In this document: positions 37,201 through 49,789 of the stretch, piece by piece
Layout: every line of letters starts with the position of its first letter
How positions within the stretch are numbered: position 1 is the first letter of the stretch
The notes under the pieces: generated by a model
What the model was told of the DNA's origin: nothing
Databases searched by the model: none
Seen by the model: the letters and a program-made list of their open reading frames with translations, nothing else
Position numbers and translations under genes: made by a program
Origin: Mobula hypostoma
Taxonomy: Eukaryota
Assembly: GCF_963921235.1 (NCBI RefSeq)
Contig: NC_086097.1
Location: 42,472,001 to 42,536,000 of the forward strand
DNA length: 64,000 bases
Reading direction: 5' to 3'

Positions 37201-38293
37201 TTTGATTCCCTGGAACATAGAAGACTGATGGGAGATGAGACAGAGGTATACAAAAAGATGAGGGGTATAAACAGGATAAATGCAAGCAGGCTTTTTCCAT
37301 CGAGGTTGGGTGAGAATACAACTAGAGGTCATGGGTTAAGGATGAAAGTAGAAATGTTTAAGGAGCATATGAGGGGGGAACTTCTTCATTCAGAGGGTGA
37401 TAACAGTCTGGAACGAGCCACCATCGCAAGTGGTGAATGTGAGGTTGATTTCAATGTTTAAGAGAAATTTGGATAGGTACATGGATGTGAGGGCCTTGAT
37501 CCAGGTGCAGGTCGATGGGACTAGGGAGGTTAATGGTTGGCACAGGCTAAGTTCGCTGAAGGGATAGTTTCTATGCTGTAGTGTTCTATGATTATAAGTG
37601 CTTCACAGTGAATAATACACTTCCAAAGTACATCCATGCTGTGATTGAGTAATACTTGTGGAGCATTTCAGTTAAACAACATACATCAAGTGCCCCATAT
37701 CTTTGTGCTATTAAATGATGGGAATATCTTGATCAAGATTCAGAGAATGCCTGCTGCAAACACTGCTTCAATTTACTCACTCATTCAAGAGAGGGGTTAT
37801 CTCTGGCAGAAGAGCACTATCTCAGTATTGCATTGATTTATCAGTGCCTCTGCCAAGCAACCGCACCTCAAACCCACAATCTTGATTGCTTGCACCTGAA
37901 GCACAGCCAGCACATTTAGTTTAATGGTCCAGATTTTACTGAGAGTGCCAAGTAGAACTGTCAGCATTTCCCATTTCTGAAGTCCCTAACCCATTGTGCA
38001 AGTTCTGCTAGTGACATTCCTCTGGTCACAGATTGCCACAGAGTACAGAAGTGCAGCAGAACTTGCTGGAGACCCCAGGCTTTCACAAAAAGCGATTAGC
38101 TGGACCCTGTTCCTTAAACCGCATGCAAGGTCCATGAATGGGGTTGAAGGACAGCAGGGAAGGACTTTAATGGTGCGACAGGTTACATTTTGTTTAGACT
38201 ATTTCAGTCAAGTATTTTAAACTTTTTTTAGCTATTTAAAATACCATATTTATTTACTTCATTGTAGTATTTTAAAGTACTTCTAAATACTTT

Positions 38294-38610
38294 GGCATGT
38301 GGCCAAGTGGTTAAGGCATTGGACTAGCGACCTGAAGGTCATGAGTTCGAACCCCAGCCGAGGCAACGTGTTGTGTCCTTGAGCAAGGCACTTATTCACA
38401 CATTGCTCTGCGACGACACTGGTGCCAAGCTGTATGGGTCCTAATGCCCTTCCCTTGGACAGCATTGGTGTCATGGAGAGGGGAGACTTGCAGCATGGGC
38501 AACTGCTGGTCTTCCACACAACCTTGCCCAGGCCTGCGCCCTGGAGAGTGAAGAGAGAGTGAAAACTTTCCAGGCTCAGATCCATTGCCTAGCAAGACTA
38601 ACAGAAGCAT
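38294..38610 (+). mobile_element. tRNA-derived SINE with CORE-like segment (family A)
   Basis: A box TGGCCAAGTGG 38300-38310, B box GAGTTCGAACC 38343-38353, gtgtccttgagcaaggcactt; paralog at 45612. Confidence 0.9.
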
Positions 38611-38644
38611 AGTACTGAACATTTTGACAGACAGCAAATCTGGA

Positions 38645-38850
38645 TAAACAAACAAGATGCTGAACAAACCTAGCAGGTCAAGCAGCATCTGTATAGGGAA
38701 ATGGACAGATGATGTTTTCGGTCAAAACCTTTCACCTGGATTGAATGAAGGATCTTGACTCAAAACATTGACCGTTGATTTCACTCTTCGGATACTGAGT
38801 ACCCCCCAGCAACTTGATTGTTGCTCTAGATTCCAGCATCAGAAGTGTCT
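38645..38850. mobile_element. Older copy of the Penelope-derived fold-back family
   Basis: agcaggtcaagcagcatc...tgaatgaaggatcttgactcaaaacattgac...ttccagcatc; similar relics at ~3780-3930, ~51595-51690 and ~63050-63170. Confidence 0.6.
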
Positions 38851-39813
38851 GTTACCTCCAGCAAGGTTGGAGACAGACTTTGCTCACAATCAAAGGTTTC
38901 CAGGGGAAATTTGTCACGGCCCTGCCTACCCATGTAATCTTGCTGCATCATGTGAGGTCCCGTTGCCATTCAGCTTCCTGATACCTAATCCTGTGAGATC
39001 TGCCATTGGGATACTGAGAAGGTTGAGGGAACAGGGAGCAGAATTCTCAGTCAGGAAAGCTGAAATTATTTCATTGACACTCTTTCTGCCATGCCAAGAA
39101 AATAGAAGTCCTCTTATGACTACTCATCTCAAAAGTTAATGTAGTAACAAAATGACTTCCACAGCAACAATGCATTCACTGTGAATTCAGCCAAGAATAT
39201 AATTTGACTTAAAGCTCTAATGTCCTTTAAAAAGCCCAGATAAACATCAGAGTTTATCTCCTATTTTTCTCCAAGCGTGTTTCTTTGGAAATGGAAGCAC
39301 TGCCCCTCAACGCGGGTTAGCTTTGGTGTGGTGAACCTTGGTATTATTCTACTAATAATTATTCTGATTAGTATAACAGTCACACAGCTTCCTAAACACT
39401 GACACAGTAATTAATAAACAGGAGCTTCACTCAACAGTGAAAAGTGCTTTTCTGCCCTTTCAAAAATATCCACATAATGGAAAGAGCAAGCACTTCTTAC
39501 TCCCTAATTGATCTATATCTGTCAATCTCATGAAAAACATGTTTATCAATTTGAAGTTAGTTTGTAAAAATAGTTGTATATTTGTAAGCAATCATGTCAC
39601 TGTTATCAGTGATTCAACAGCTACATATGAAATGGCTTCAAAGAAATCCCTACAGTCTATCTAATTCCAAAATCCAAATATCTACACAGTCATGGGGTCA
39701 AAGGGCACAGAAACAATTATCCTTCTTCACCAGTTTATCTAATTGTGCTGCTGTTTTCAAGGATTCTTGAAAATGTGTACCAAGACCCTATTGTCCCTCC
39801 ATACTCCCTAGGG

Positions 39814-42800
39814 CAGAGGTGGCAAACTACATCATGTGCAAATTCTGTAGGCATGCAACATACAATGCCACCACTTGATGCTTTAAACCTCACCTATAAT
39901 TTTTAAAAAAGATGCACAATGACTATCTCTACTGCCAAATGAAACAGTGAATAACTTCTTACAACCCGAGAGCAGAGACACATTTTCACAGGAAATGCCT
40001 CAAACTGGGTGGGCACCAGGTAGATAGTTGTGAGAATATGTGATGGTGGATGATATGTTTTGAAATCCTCACAGACATGGTACACACATCAGTGTTTGGA
40101 TAGTAAATAGTTACAATAACAATACTCTACAGAAATGATGTTATTTTTCAATTGTCTTTTTAAAAGATTAATGTTAATATTTTTTGTACGTGGCCTATCA
40201 GCGGCGTCAACAGAGCTTTACCAAGAGGGATTTCTTGCAGGTCGGCGGCGGTGATTTAAAAAGTGAGCTTCGAGAGCGTTTGTCCATTGTATGTGGCCTA
40301 TCAGCAGCTATAACCGGAGCACCAATCAGGAGTAAGATAGCAGGGAAGGTTCAGGCATAAAAGGGAGACACTGCCTAGCGGAGCAGTCATTGTCAGAGTG
40401 GCAGGGCTTTGGCTTATTCGGGTCGAGGTGAGGCAAGTTATCTGTGAGGAACAGAAACAGGAAGTATGTCTGTGAGGCTGGTGTTCTGAACTGGTATCAG
40501 ATGTGGGAGGTCCAGGAGACACCCAGCCTCCTGGACGGCCACATCTGCGCCAGGTGTGTCGAGCTGCAGCTCCTTAGGGACCACGTTAGGGAATTGGAGA
40601 TGCAGCTCGATGACCTTCATCTGGTCAGGAAAAATGAGGAGGTGACAGAGAGGAGTAAATAGGCAAGTAGTCACACCAGGGCCTCAGGAGACAGAAAAGT
40701 GGGTAACAGTCAGGAGAGGGAAGGGCAGGAGTCAGATGCTAGAGGGCACCTCTGTTGCTGTACCCCTTGACAATAAGTACACCTGTTTGAGTACTGTTGG
40801 TGGGAACGACCTACCTAGGGAAGCAACAGTGGCCACACCTCTGACACAGAGTCTGGCCCTGTGGCTCAGAAGGGTAGAAAAAGGAAGAAGGCAGCAGTAA
40901 TAGGGGACTCTATAGTTAGGGGGTCAGACAGGCAATTCTGTGGATGCAGAAAAGAAACACGGATGGTAGTTTGTCTCCCAGGTTCTGAATGTTTCTGATC
41001 ATGTCTACGATATCCTGAAGTGGGAAGGAGAACAGTCAGAGCTTGTGGTACATATTGGTACCAATGACATAGGGAGGAAAAGGGAAGAGGTCCTGAAAAC
41101 AGACTACAGAGAGTTAAGGAGAAAGTTGAGAATCAGGTTTACAAAGGTAGTAATCTTGGGATTACTGCCTGTGCCACGTGACAGTGAGTATAGGAATAGA
41201 ATGAGGTGGAGGATAAATGTGTGGCTGAGGGATTGGAGCAGGGGGCAGGGATTCTGATTTCTGGATCATTGGGACCTCTTTTGGGACAGGCGTGACCTGT
41301 ACAAAAAGGACGGGTTGCACTTGAATCTGAGGGGGACCAATATACTGGCAGGGAGATTTGCTAAGGCTACTGGGGAGAGTTTAAACTAGAATTGCTGGGA
41401 GGTGGGAACCGAACTGAAGAGATGGAGGAAGGGGCGGTTCGCTCACAAATAGAGAAAGCTTGGAGACAGTGCGAGAGGGAGGATAGGCAGGTGATGGAGA
41501 AGGGATACGCTCAGACCAATGATTTAAGATGTGTCTATTTTAATGCGAGGAGTATCATGAACAAAGCGGATGAGCTTAGAGCATGGATCAGTACTTGGAG
41601 CTATGATGTTGTGGCCACTACAGAGATTTGGATGGCTCAGGGGCAGGAATGGTTACTTCGCGTGCCAGGCTTTAGATGTTTAAGAAAGGACAGGGAGGGA
41701 GGCAAAAGAGGTGGGGGCATGGCACTGTTGATCAGAGATAGTGTCACAGCTGCAGAAAAGGAGGAAATTATAGAGGGATTGTCTACTGAGTCTCTGTGAT
41801 TGTAAGTTAGAAACAGGAAGGGGTCAGTAACTCTATTGGGTGTTTTTTATAGACCACCCAAGAGTAACACGGACTCCTAGAAGCAGATAGGGAGGCAGAT
41901 TCTGGAAAGGTGTAATAATAACAGGGTTGTCGTGGTGGGAGATTGTAATTTCCCAAATATTGATTGCCATCTTCCTAGAGCAAGGGGTTTCGATGGGGTG
42001 GAGTTTGTTAGGTGTGTTCAGGAAGGTTTCCTGACACAATATATAGATAAGCCTACATGAGGAGAGGCTGTACTTGATCTGGTATTGGAAAATGAACTTG
42101 GTCAGGTGTCAGGTCTCTCAGTGTGAGAGCATTTTGGAGATAGTGATCACAATTCTATGTCCTTTGCTATAGTATTTGAAAGGGATAGGAACAGACAAGT
42201 TAGGAAAGCATTTAATTGGAGTAAGGGGAAATATGAAGTTATCAGGCAAGAACTTGGAAGCATAAATTGGGAACAGATGTTCTCTGGGAAATGTACAGCA
42301 GAAATGTGGAAAATGTTCAGGGGCTATTTGTGTGGAGTTCTGCATAGGTACGTTCCAATGAGACAGAAAGGATGGTAGTGTACAGGAACCGTGGTGTACA
42401 AAGGCTGTCGTAAATCTAGTCAAGAAGAAAAGAAAAGCTTATGAAAGGTTCAAAAAAACTAGGTAATGATAGAGATCTAGACGATTATAAGGCTAGCAGG
42501 AAGGAGTTTAAGAATGAGATTAGGAGAGCCAGAAGGGGTTATGAGAAGGTCTTGGCAAGCAGGATTAAAGAAAACCCCAAGGCATTCTACAAGTATGTGA
42601 AGAGCAAGAGGATAAGACTGAGAGAATAGGACTAATCAAGTGTGACAGTGGAAAAGTGTGTATGGAACCAGAGGAGATAGCAGAGATACTTAATGAATAC
42701 TTTGCTTCAGTATTCACTAAAGAAAAGGATCTTGGTGATTGTAGGGATGAATTACAGCGGATTGAAAAGCTTGAGCATATAGACAATAAGAAACAGGATG

Positions 42801-43418
42801 TGCTGAAGCTTTTGGAAAGCATCAAATTGGATAAGTCTCCGGGACTGGACGAGATGTACCCCAGGCTACTGTGGGAGGTGAGGGAGGGGATTGCTGAGCC
42901 TCTGGTGATGATCTTTGCACCATCAATAGGGCTGGGAGAGGTTCCAGAGGACTGGAGGGTTGTACATGTTTTTCCCTTATTCAGGAAAGGGAGTAGAGAT
43001 ACAATAGGGTGTTTTAAGAAACTCCTGGATAGGTACATGGTGCTTAGAAAAATAGAGGGCTATGGGTAACCCTATCTAATTTCTAAGATAAGGACATGTT
43101 TGGTGCAGCTTTGTGGGCCTAACGGCCTGTATTGTGCTGTAGGTTTTCTATGTTTCTATTTTTCTATGTTTCTACGTTTCTATGTTTTCTAAACTGCTTT
43201 GTTTATTTCAGTCTGACTCTGTATGCTTTTATTAACAGTAAAACAATGAATACACATAAATAAGCAATCCCTTTTCCTGAAAAAAAAGTATATAATTATA
43301 GTTACTAATTCATTAATCAATTATAATATCTGCTCAAAATTACCATGTCCTGTCAGAAAATGTTTTAGAAGGTATCACCAATTTGAGCACACACTCTGAA
43401 AAAAGTTTGCCAGCCCTG
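39814..43418. mobile_element. Non-autonomous hAT (Charlie-like) DNA transposon split by a CR1
   Basis: TIRs cagaggtggcaaact (39814-39828) and agtttgccagccctg (43404-43418); 8-bp TSD ccctaggg/ctctaggg. Confidence 0.75.
40185..43190 (+). mobile_element. CR1 with 5' UTR, ORF1 (Cys motif, coiled coil, SGNH esterase) and APE, but RT deleted
   Basis: HICARCVELQLL, VIGDSIVRG, VHIGTND, DGLHLN, CVYFNARSI; jumps from FRKGSRD to the 3' end at ~43001; (TTTCTATG)n tail. Confidence 0.92.
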
Positions 43419-44159
43419 CTCTAGGGTTTTACCTTTCATGCACTTAACAGCCAATTTCACTTAATTATGGTAGGTATTAATTATCAAAGGGCAAATATAA
43501 AAAAGGGCACTGTATTTCAATCAAAAATATTACCAAATAATTTAAAACATTTAATTCTTAACCAGTAGGCAAGTCTATTTCTTGCTATACCTCATTAATC
43601 TTTGACAGTTAAGTCCACAACGGTTGGCCTGACCAACAGAAAGATGAGCTCATGATCATTTTCCACTTTCCATTATACAGTTCCAAAGGACAGGATAATG
43701 TCTGAAATATAATGACAACTAAACAAATATCCAGTCTGCTCAGAGTTTCGAACTGATCCCTATCTCCAGCACCACATTGATTCCTCAGTACTTCTTACCA
43801 AGCATTTTCAATTTACAATCAATTATTTCTGGACCAGGTACAAATCCACTTGAGACAACACTGGAAATTCTCCATCAGCCTATGAAAGATGCCACACTGA
43901 ATTCACTTTGTGCCTTCGCAAAATGGGTACAAGTTCAGTTCACATCGGCTGCATCTTTTTGTTCTAGAGACAAGTTTTCTGTGTGTCCTCCTTGTTTTAT
44001 ATTTCCACACGGTGTATCATCCAGTTTTCTTCGTTTTCCACTAGAGAGTTCACAAATTTTATTGATTAACTTATCAAATCATTGATAATATTATTGAGAA
44101 TATTGTTCGGAAGGTGGTTCACAGCAGCCTGTTTTCTCAATACAGTATATTTTGAAGCA

Positions 44160-46400
44160 TTTTGGACTGGACTGTATTCAAGTCTGAATGCGTATGCCAC
44201 AGCTGTCTGACTTCAGTAAAGCTTGTGTGGATGAGTGTGTGCCTATGAGAACATACCCAAATCAGAACCCATGGATGAACGAAGAGGTTCATAGTCTGCT
44301 GACGGCTAAATCAGTGGCATTCATGTCTGGCGACCGGGATCTGTGCAAGAAAACCGGGTACGGCTTGAGAAGGGCTATCTCAAGGGCAAAGGAACAATTC
44401 CAAATGAGGTCGGAGGCGGAATCGAATGCATGTCATCTCTGGCAGGGTTTGCAGTCCATTGCACCCTCCAAAGCGAAACCCAACATCATGAATGGCAGCG
44501 AAGTTTCACTCCCAGATGAGCCCAATGTCTCTTAAGCTCCCTTTGAATGGGAAAATAAAACTAGAGCTGTGAAGATCCCTGCTGCACCCGATGACCCTGT
44601 GATCTCTGTCTCAGAGGCCAACGTCAGGCTGTCTTTCAGGAAGGTGAAACCTAGCAAGGTGTAGGCCCCAATATACCTAAAAACTTGTGCCAACCGACTT
44701 GCGAGGGTGTCAAAGACATTCTGAATCTCTCATTACTACAGTCGGAAGCCCACCTTCTTCAAAAGGGCAACAATTATACCAGTGCCCAGGAAGAGCAGGG
44801 TAAGCTGCCTTAATGACTATCGCCCAGTAGCACTCACATCTACAGTGATGAAATGCTTTGAGAGGTTGGTTATGACTAGAATCAACTCCTGCCTCAGCAA
44901 GGACCCAGACCCACTGCAATTTGCCTATTACTACAGCAGGTCTATGATGGATGCAATTTCATTGGCCCGTCACACAGATCACCTGGACAATACAAATGCC
45001 TATGTCAGGATGTTGTCTATTGACTATAGTTCAGCATTTAACATCATCATTCTTACAATTCTGATCAAAAAGCTCCAGAACCTGGGCCTCTGTACCTTCC
45101 TCTGCAACTGGATCCTCAACTTCCTAACCGGAAGACCACAATCTGTGCAGATTGGTAATAACATCTCCACCTCACCGACAATAACATTGGCACACCTCAG
45201 GGATGTGTGCTTAGCCCAGTGCTCTACTCTCTCTACCCATGAACGTGTGGCTAGCCACAGCTCAAATGCCATCTATAAATTTTCTGATGATACAGCTGCT
45301 GTTGATGAGAGGGCATGCAGGAGTGAGATATATCAGCTGGTTAAGTTGTGTCAGTAAGACCAAGGAGCTGATTGTGGACTTCAGAAAGGGTAAGAAGGGG
45401 GATCACACACCAGTTCTCCTAGAGGGATCAGATGTGGAAGGAGTGGGTAATTCAGCTCCCTGGGTGTTAGGATCTCTGAGGATCTGACCTGGACCCAACA
45501 TATCGAGGCAGCTACAAGGAAGACATCACAGCAGCTATATTTCATTCGGAGTTTGAGGAGATTTGGTATATCACCAAAAACACTCGTCAATTTCTGCAGA
45601 TGTACTATGGAGGGCACATGGCCAAGTGGTTAAGGCATTGGACTAGCGACCTGAAGGTCGTGAGTTCGAGCCCCAGCTGAGGCAGCATGTTGTGTCCTTG
45701 AGCAAGGCACTTCATCACATATTGCTCTGTGATGAAACTGGTGCCAATGCCCTTCCCTTGGACAACATTAGTGTTGTGGAGAGGGGAGACTTGCAGCATG
45801 GGCAACTGCTGGTCTTCCATACAACCTTGCCCAGGCCTGGTGAAGACTTTCCAGGCACAGATCCATGGTCTCGCAAGACTAATGGATGCCTTTAATTTAA
45901 CTATGGAGGGCTTTCTAACTGGCTGCATCACAGTCAGGTTTGGGGGAACTGCTACACTGGATTGAAATAAGCTGCAGAAACTTGTAAACTTAGTCAGCTC
46001 CATCATGGGCACTAGCCTCCATAGTATCTAGGACACCTTCAAGGAGTGATGCCTCAAAAAGGCAGCGGTCCATCGTTAAGGAGCCCCATCACCCAAATCA
46101 TGCCCTGTTCTCCTTGGTACCATCAGGAAGGAGGTACAGAAGCCTGAAAGCACATACTCAGTGATTCAGGAACAGCTTCTTCCCCTCTGCCATTCAGTTT
46201 CTGAATGATCATTGAACCTATGAACACTACTTCACGACTTTTTTTATTTCTATTTTTGCACTACTTATTTAATGTAACTAACATATATTTGCTTACCGTA
46301 CTTCAGTTTTTTTTATTTTTATGTATTGCATTGTACTGCTGCTGCAAACTGAACAAATTTAACGACATATGCCATGTGATGTTAAACCTGATTCTGCTTC
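44160..46400 (+). mobile_element. Rex1/Babar LINE, 5'-truncated, decayed RT
   Basis: [58 protein letters not shown]. Confidence 0.92.
45612..45899 (+). mobile_element. tRNA-derived SINE (family A) in Rex, TSD actatgga(gggc)
   Basis: A/B boxes; actatggagggc at 45604-45615 and 45900-45911. Confidence 0.92.
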
Positions 46401-47747
46401 TGACTTCAAGCCCAGCCAGAAAACATCGAGATCAATTATTCATTTTTCTAACAGGCTTTAGTAACCGAGCATTTGATATCTCATGTAAATTGGAGCACTG
46501 CAGACTGTGTCCTGAGCAAACCCACTATGCCTCCCGTCTCTCCCCAGTAACTTGCCAAGCTCAGTAACTCAGTGGTTCATTCTGAGCTGACATGTGAGTG
46601 GCTAGCTTCCAAATCCTCTGAAGACCCATCTAGTCTGAACAGTTATCTCTCCCCCTCCCTCTTTTCTGCTGGATGAATAATTCCTCCTCTCTGCCCTTCC
46701 ATTTTATCTTTATCAGCCACCTATCAGCCGTGGTGTCACTGATCCTTCATGATCCCAAAACCATCAGTTGGTGACTAGATTGATTTTCTTTCATTCTGCC
46801 TGTGCGCCACTCTGTTGTGGCAAAAGCGTAGAGCCTTTGCTCAGATGAGGTCATTTGCACCTCTTAAATGCAGCCAGTGGAGGAATAGGGGAAATAGAGC
46901 TATTGCTTTGAAACTGCCATGTTTTAGCATGCATGTGGAGGGAGAGAGACACTGATGTTGGATTTATTCCTCAAATAACTCAAGCCGTTATGCTGACTTA
47001 GAAACGCTGCACCTGGTGGTTCTGGAATACACTGAACAATGCTGACGTCATTCAAAGCTCTCTCAGTTTTGGCCTTCAATAACCATGTGCACAAGTTAAA
47101 GGAGGAACATTGGCAGTAGGAGTAGGCCATTTGTCCCTTCAAGCTTGCCCCACAATTCAATAAGATCATGGCTGACATCTCCAGGCTGCTTCCTGTAGCT
47201 CTCAACTTCCTGGTCTTTCTAAAATTTACCTACTTCCTTGTATACCTCCTCTCAACTAACTTATATTTATTGTTTTTTCATTGATAAGTAATTTATAAGA
47301 ACTGCTCACAGGGAACAGAGAGTTCCTACTGAAGACATAGTTTTTTTCATCAAAAATTTCAGTATCATATGAACAATAAAGTGAAGAGCATGAGTTTAAG
47401 GCATTTAAACAATCCAAAAAAATGCATGTACAAATGGGCACAATTGCCTTACATCTTTATTCATAGGAAATTATTAGCTTTATTTCATTTTATAATATTA
47501 TTTAAATATGAGAACCACAGATGGTTACTTTGGTCATGACTTGAATTCATTAAGAATTAAATTGAGTATTCACCACCACCCCTTCCCCCTCTATCAGTGT
47601 TGACCTAAATTTCAGAATTTCAGGGCTTAAATTTCATTTAAATTTTAATTACATTATGTTTAACTATTTGAATGAGGATAATACGAAAGGTTTTAACCTG
47701 TGGAAAGAGAGTCAACACTTCAAGCTGATGACCTTTCACCAGAGCAT

Positions 47748-47920
47748 TGTTGGTGGTGGTGTAGTGGTATCAGCACTGGACCGCGAGGCAAATGGTGCCG
47801 AGTTCAAATCCATCCTTACATGCTTTCAATCCATGCAGGGCATCGAGCTAGCAACTTAGCCTCGTAAAAAAAACTGTCAAATGCTATGGAAACTTCAAAA
47901 GTGCCGCTCGATGCACCACA
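47748..47920 (+). mobile_element. tRNA-derived SINE (family B)
   Basis: tggtgtagtgg...gagttcaaatcc; shares cgagctagc..ct.agcctc.taaaaa with 62190-62343. Confidence 0.75.
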
Positions 47921-47921
47921 A

Positions 47922-49466
47922 GAGAAATCTTGCCTGACAAACCTGTCAGAGATCTTCGAGGCAGCGGATGTCATTTACTTGGATTTTCAGAAGGTGTTTG
48001 ATAAGGTGCCACACATAAGGCTGCTTAACAAGATAAAATCCTATAGTGTTATAAGAAAGATACAGGCAGGAGGCAGCAAATGGGAATAAAGGGGGGCTTT
48101 TCTGGTTGGCTGCCAGTGACTAATGGGTGTTCCTCAGGTTAGTATTGGGACTGCTGTTTTTCACGTTGTTTGTCAATGAAGTAGATAATGGAATTAGGGG
48201 CTTTGTGGCAAAGTTTATAGGTGGAGGGGTGGGTAGTGCTGAGGAAACAATGCTATTGCAGCAGGATTTAGACAAATTGGAAGAATGGGCAAAAAAAGTG
48301 GCAGATGGAATACAGGAGCGAAGTTAAGATGGCACTAAACGGCGACTCCTTTGCTTACATCTTCAGAAACAGCTCTATTTCCATCTTTAATACCTTTACT
48401 TTTCCCTTTCAGGGTTCTTCTGAAGACCCTGACCTGGAGTTACATAGTGACTTCAGTGCTTTGTAGGAGTAGGAACCGAAGACCTGGGATCTTTGCGATC
48501 TTTGGGCACAGTGCTCGAAAAAAGCAACGTAATGGACTTTTAACATCGTAAACCAATGAGTTGTTTGTTATGTCTCCCCGCTCGCTGGGAAAATGGAGAC
48601 ACCTTTTTCTCCCTTATTAGGGAGAGAGAGAATCTGCAGTATGTTGAATGGCGGGTGTAACGCGAAGTCTTTGGGGTAACTGTGACTGTGACTTTGCTAT
48701 TGCTTTGCTCACGCTTGAATGTTTGGTGATGGTGCCGATGCTCGCCTTTTTTTTGCTGGTGGGGAGGGAGGGGGGATTGTTGCTCGCTGCTGCTTACGCA
48801 CGGGAGATGGGGGGTGCCAGGGCGACTTTGGTGTTCTTACGTTTATCTGTCGTTCATTCTTTGGGACACCTCTGTTTTCGTGGATGTTTGCAAAGAAAAA
48901 GCATCTCAGGATGTACTTTGTATATTGTATACATTTCTCTGACTTTAAATTGGATCTTTGAACCTTCGTTGGGAACTGTATGATAATGCATTTTAGTAAA
49001 AAGACAAATAGTGCATACTATTATCTAAATAGAGAGAAGGTTCAGACATCAGAGGTGCAGAGGGACTTAGGAGTCCTCATACACGACTTCTAGAAGGTTA
49101 GTTTACAGGTTGAGTCTGTGGTAAGGTGGATGTGGAGAGGATCTGTCCTCTGGTGGATGTATCCAGAACTAGAGGGTACAGCCTCAAAATTGAGGGGCAG
49201 CCCTTTAGAACAGAGGTAAGGAGGAATTTTTTTAGCCAGAGAGTGGTAAATCTGTGGAATGCTCTGCTACAGACTGCAGTGGAGGCCAAGTCCATGAGTA
49301 TATTTAAGGAGGAAGCTGATTGTTTCCTGATTGGTCAAGGCATCAAAGGATATGGCGAGAAGGCAGGTGTATGGGGTTGAGTGGGATCTAGGATCAGCCA
49401 TGATAGTATGGCAAAGCAGACTTGACGGGCTGAATGGCCTAATTCTGTTCCTATGTCTTGTGGTCT
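47922..49466 (+). mobile_element. Decayed CR1 RT/3' end with nested insertion
   Basis: KSCLTNL, YLDFQKVFDKVPH, TRGYSLKI...QRVVNLWNAL. Confidence 0.88.
48315..48966 (+). mobile_element. Non-autonomous Rex-tailed element
   Basis: Interrupts CR1 gatggaataca|cgttggg; AAGATGGC at 48326-48333; Rex-like 3' end. Confidence 0.65.
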
Positions 49467-49789
49467 TCAGGCGTAAAAAGAAACAACACCACCAGAGTAT
49501 TTATGAAAGTTCAGCCAGCTAAGTCTTCCTCTCTCCCCCCACAATTCCTGTTGAATGTCTCCAGAATTCTCTGCTTTCATTTTCATCTTGTTATTGTCTT
49601 TTCGGCAAACAAAAACCGCGTTGTGTTCTCCCTCCACTTCATTGCCATACTATCAAGATATGCAAAGGATGAGAACAGAAGAAATCAGCGAAGTTATTCT
49701 TGTCAATTCAATTCTCCAGTTGTGGGATAATGACTTTTCTCATTGCTTGGTTAGTCAGTCTATCAAGTTTCCCATGGCTTTGTGTGTGG

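Larger units (their letters stand above)
32410..37590 (+). mobile_element. Near full-length decayed CR1 (ORF1 SGNH esterase-type, ORF2 APE+RT) with two nested insertions
   Basis: LKGDS, HVGVND, AGLHLN (ORF1); CVYLNAKSI, YRPPN, GSVLGPLLF, LEYCVQFWSP (ORF2). Confidence 0.9.

Noticed and set aside
38294..38370. tRNA gene (also 45612, 47748, 60690, 62270)
   Set aside because: A/B boxes continue into SINE bodies, one with a TSD; no complete cloverleaf established.
40890..41340. Host GDSL/SGNH esterase gene
   Set aside because: It is the known esterase domain of CR1 ORF1, disrupted and directly followed by ORF2.
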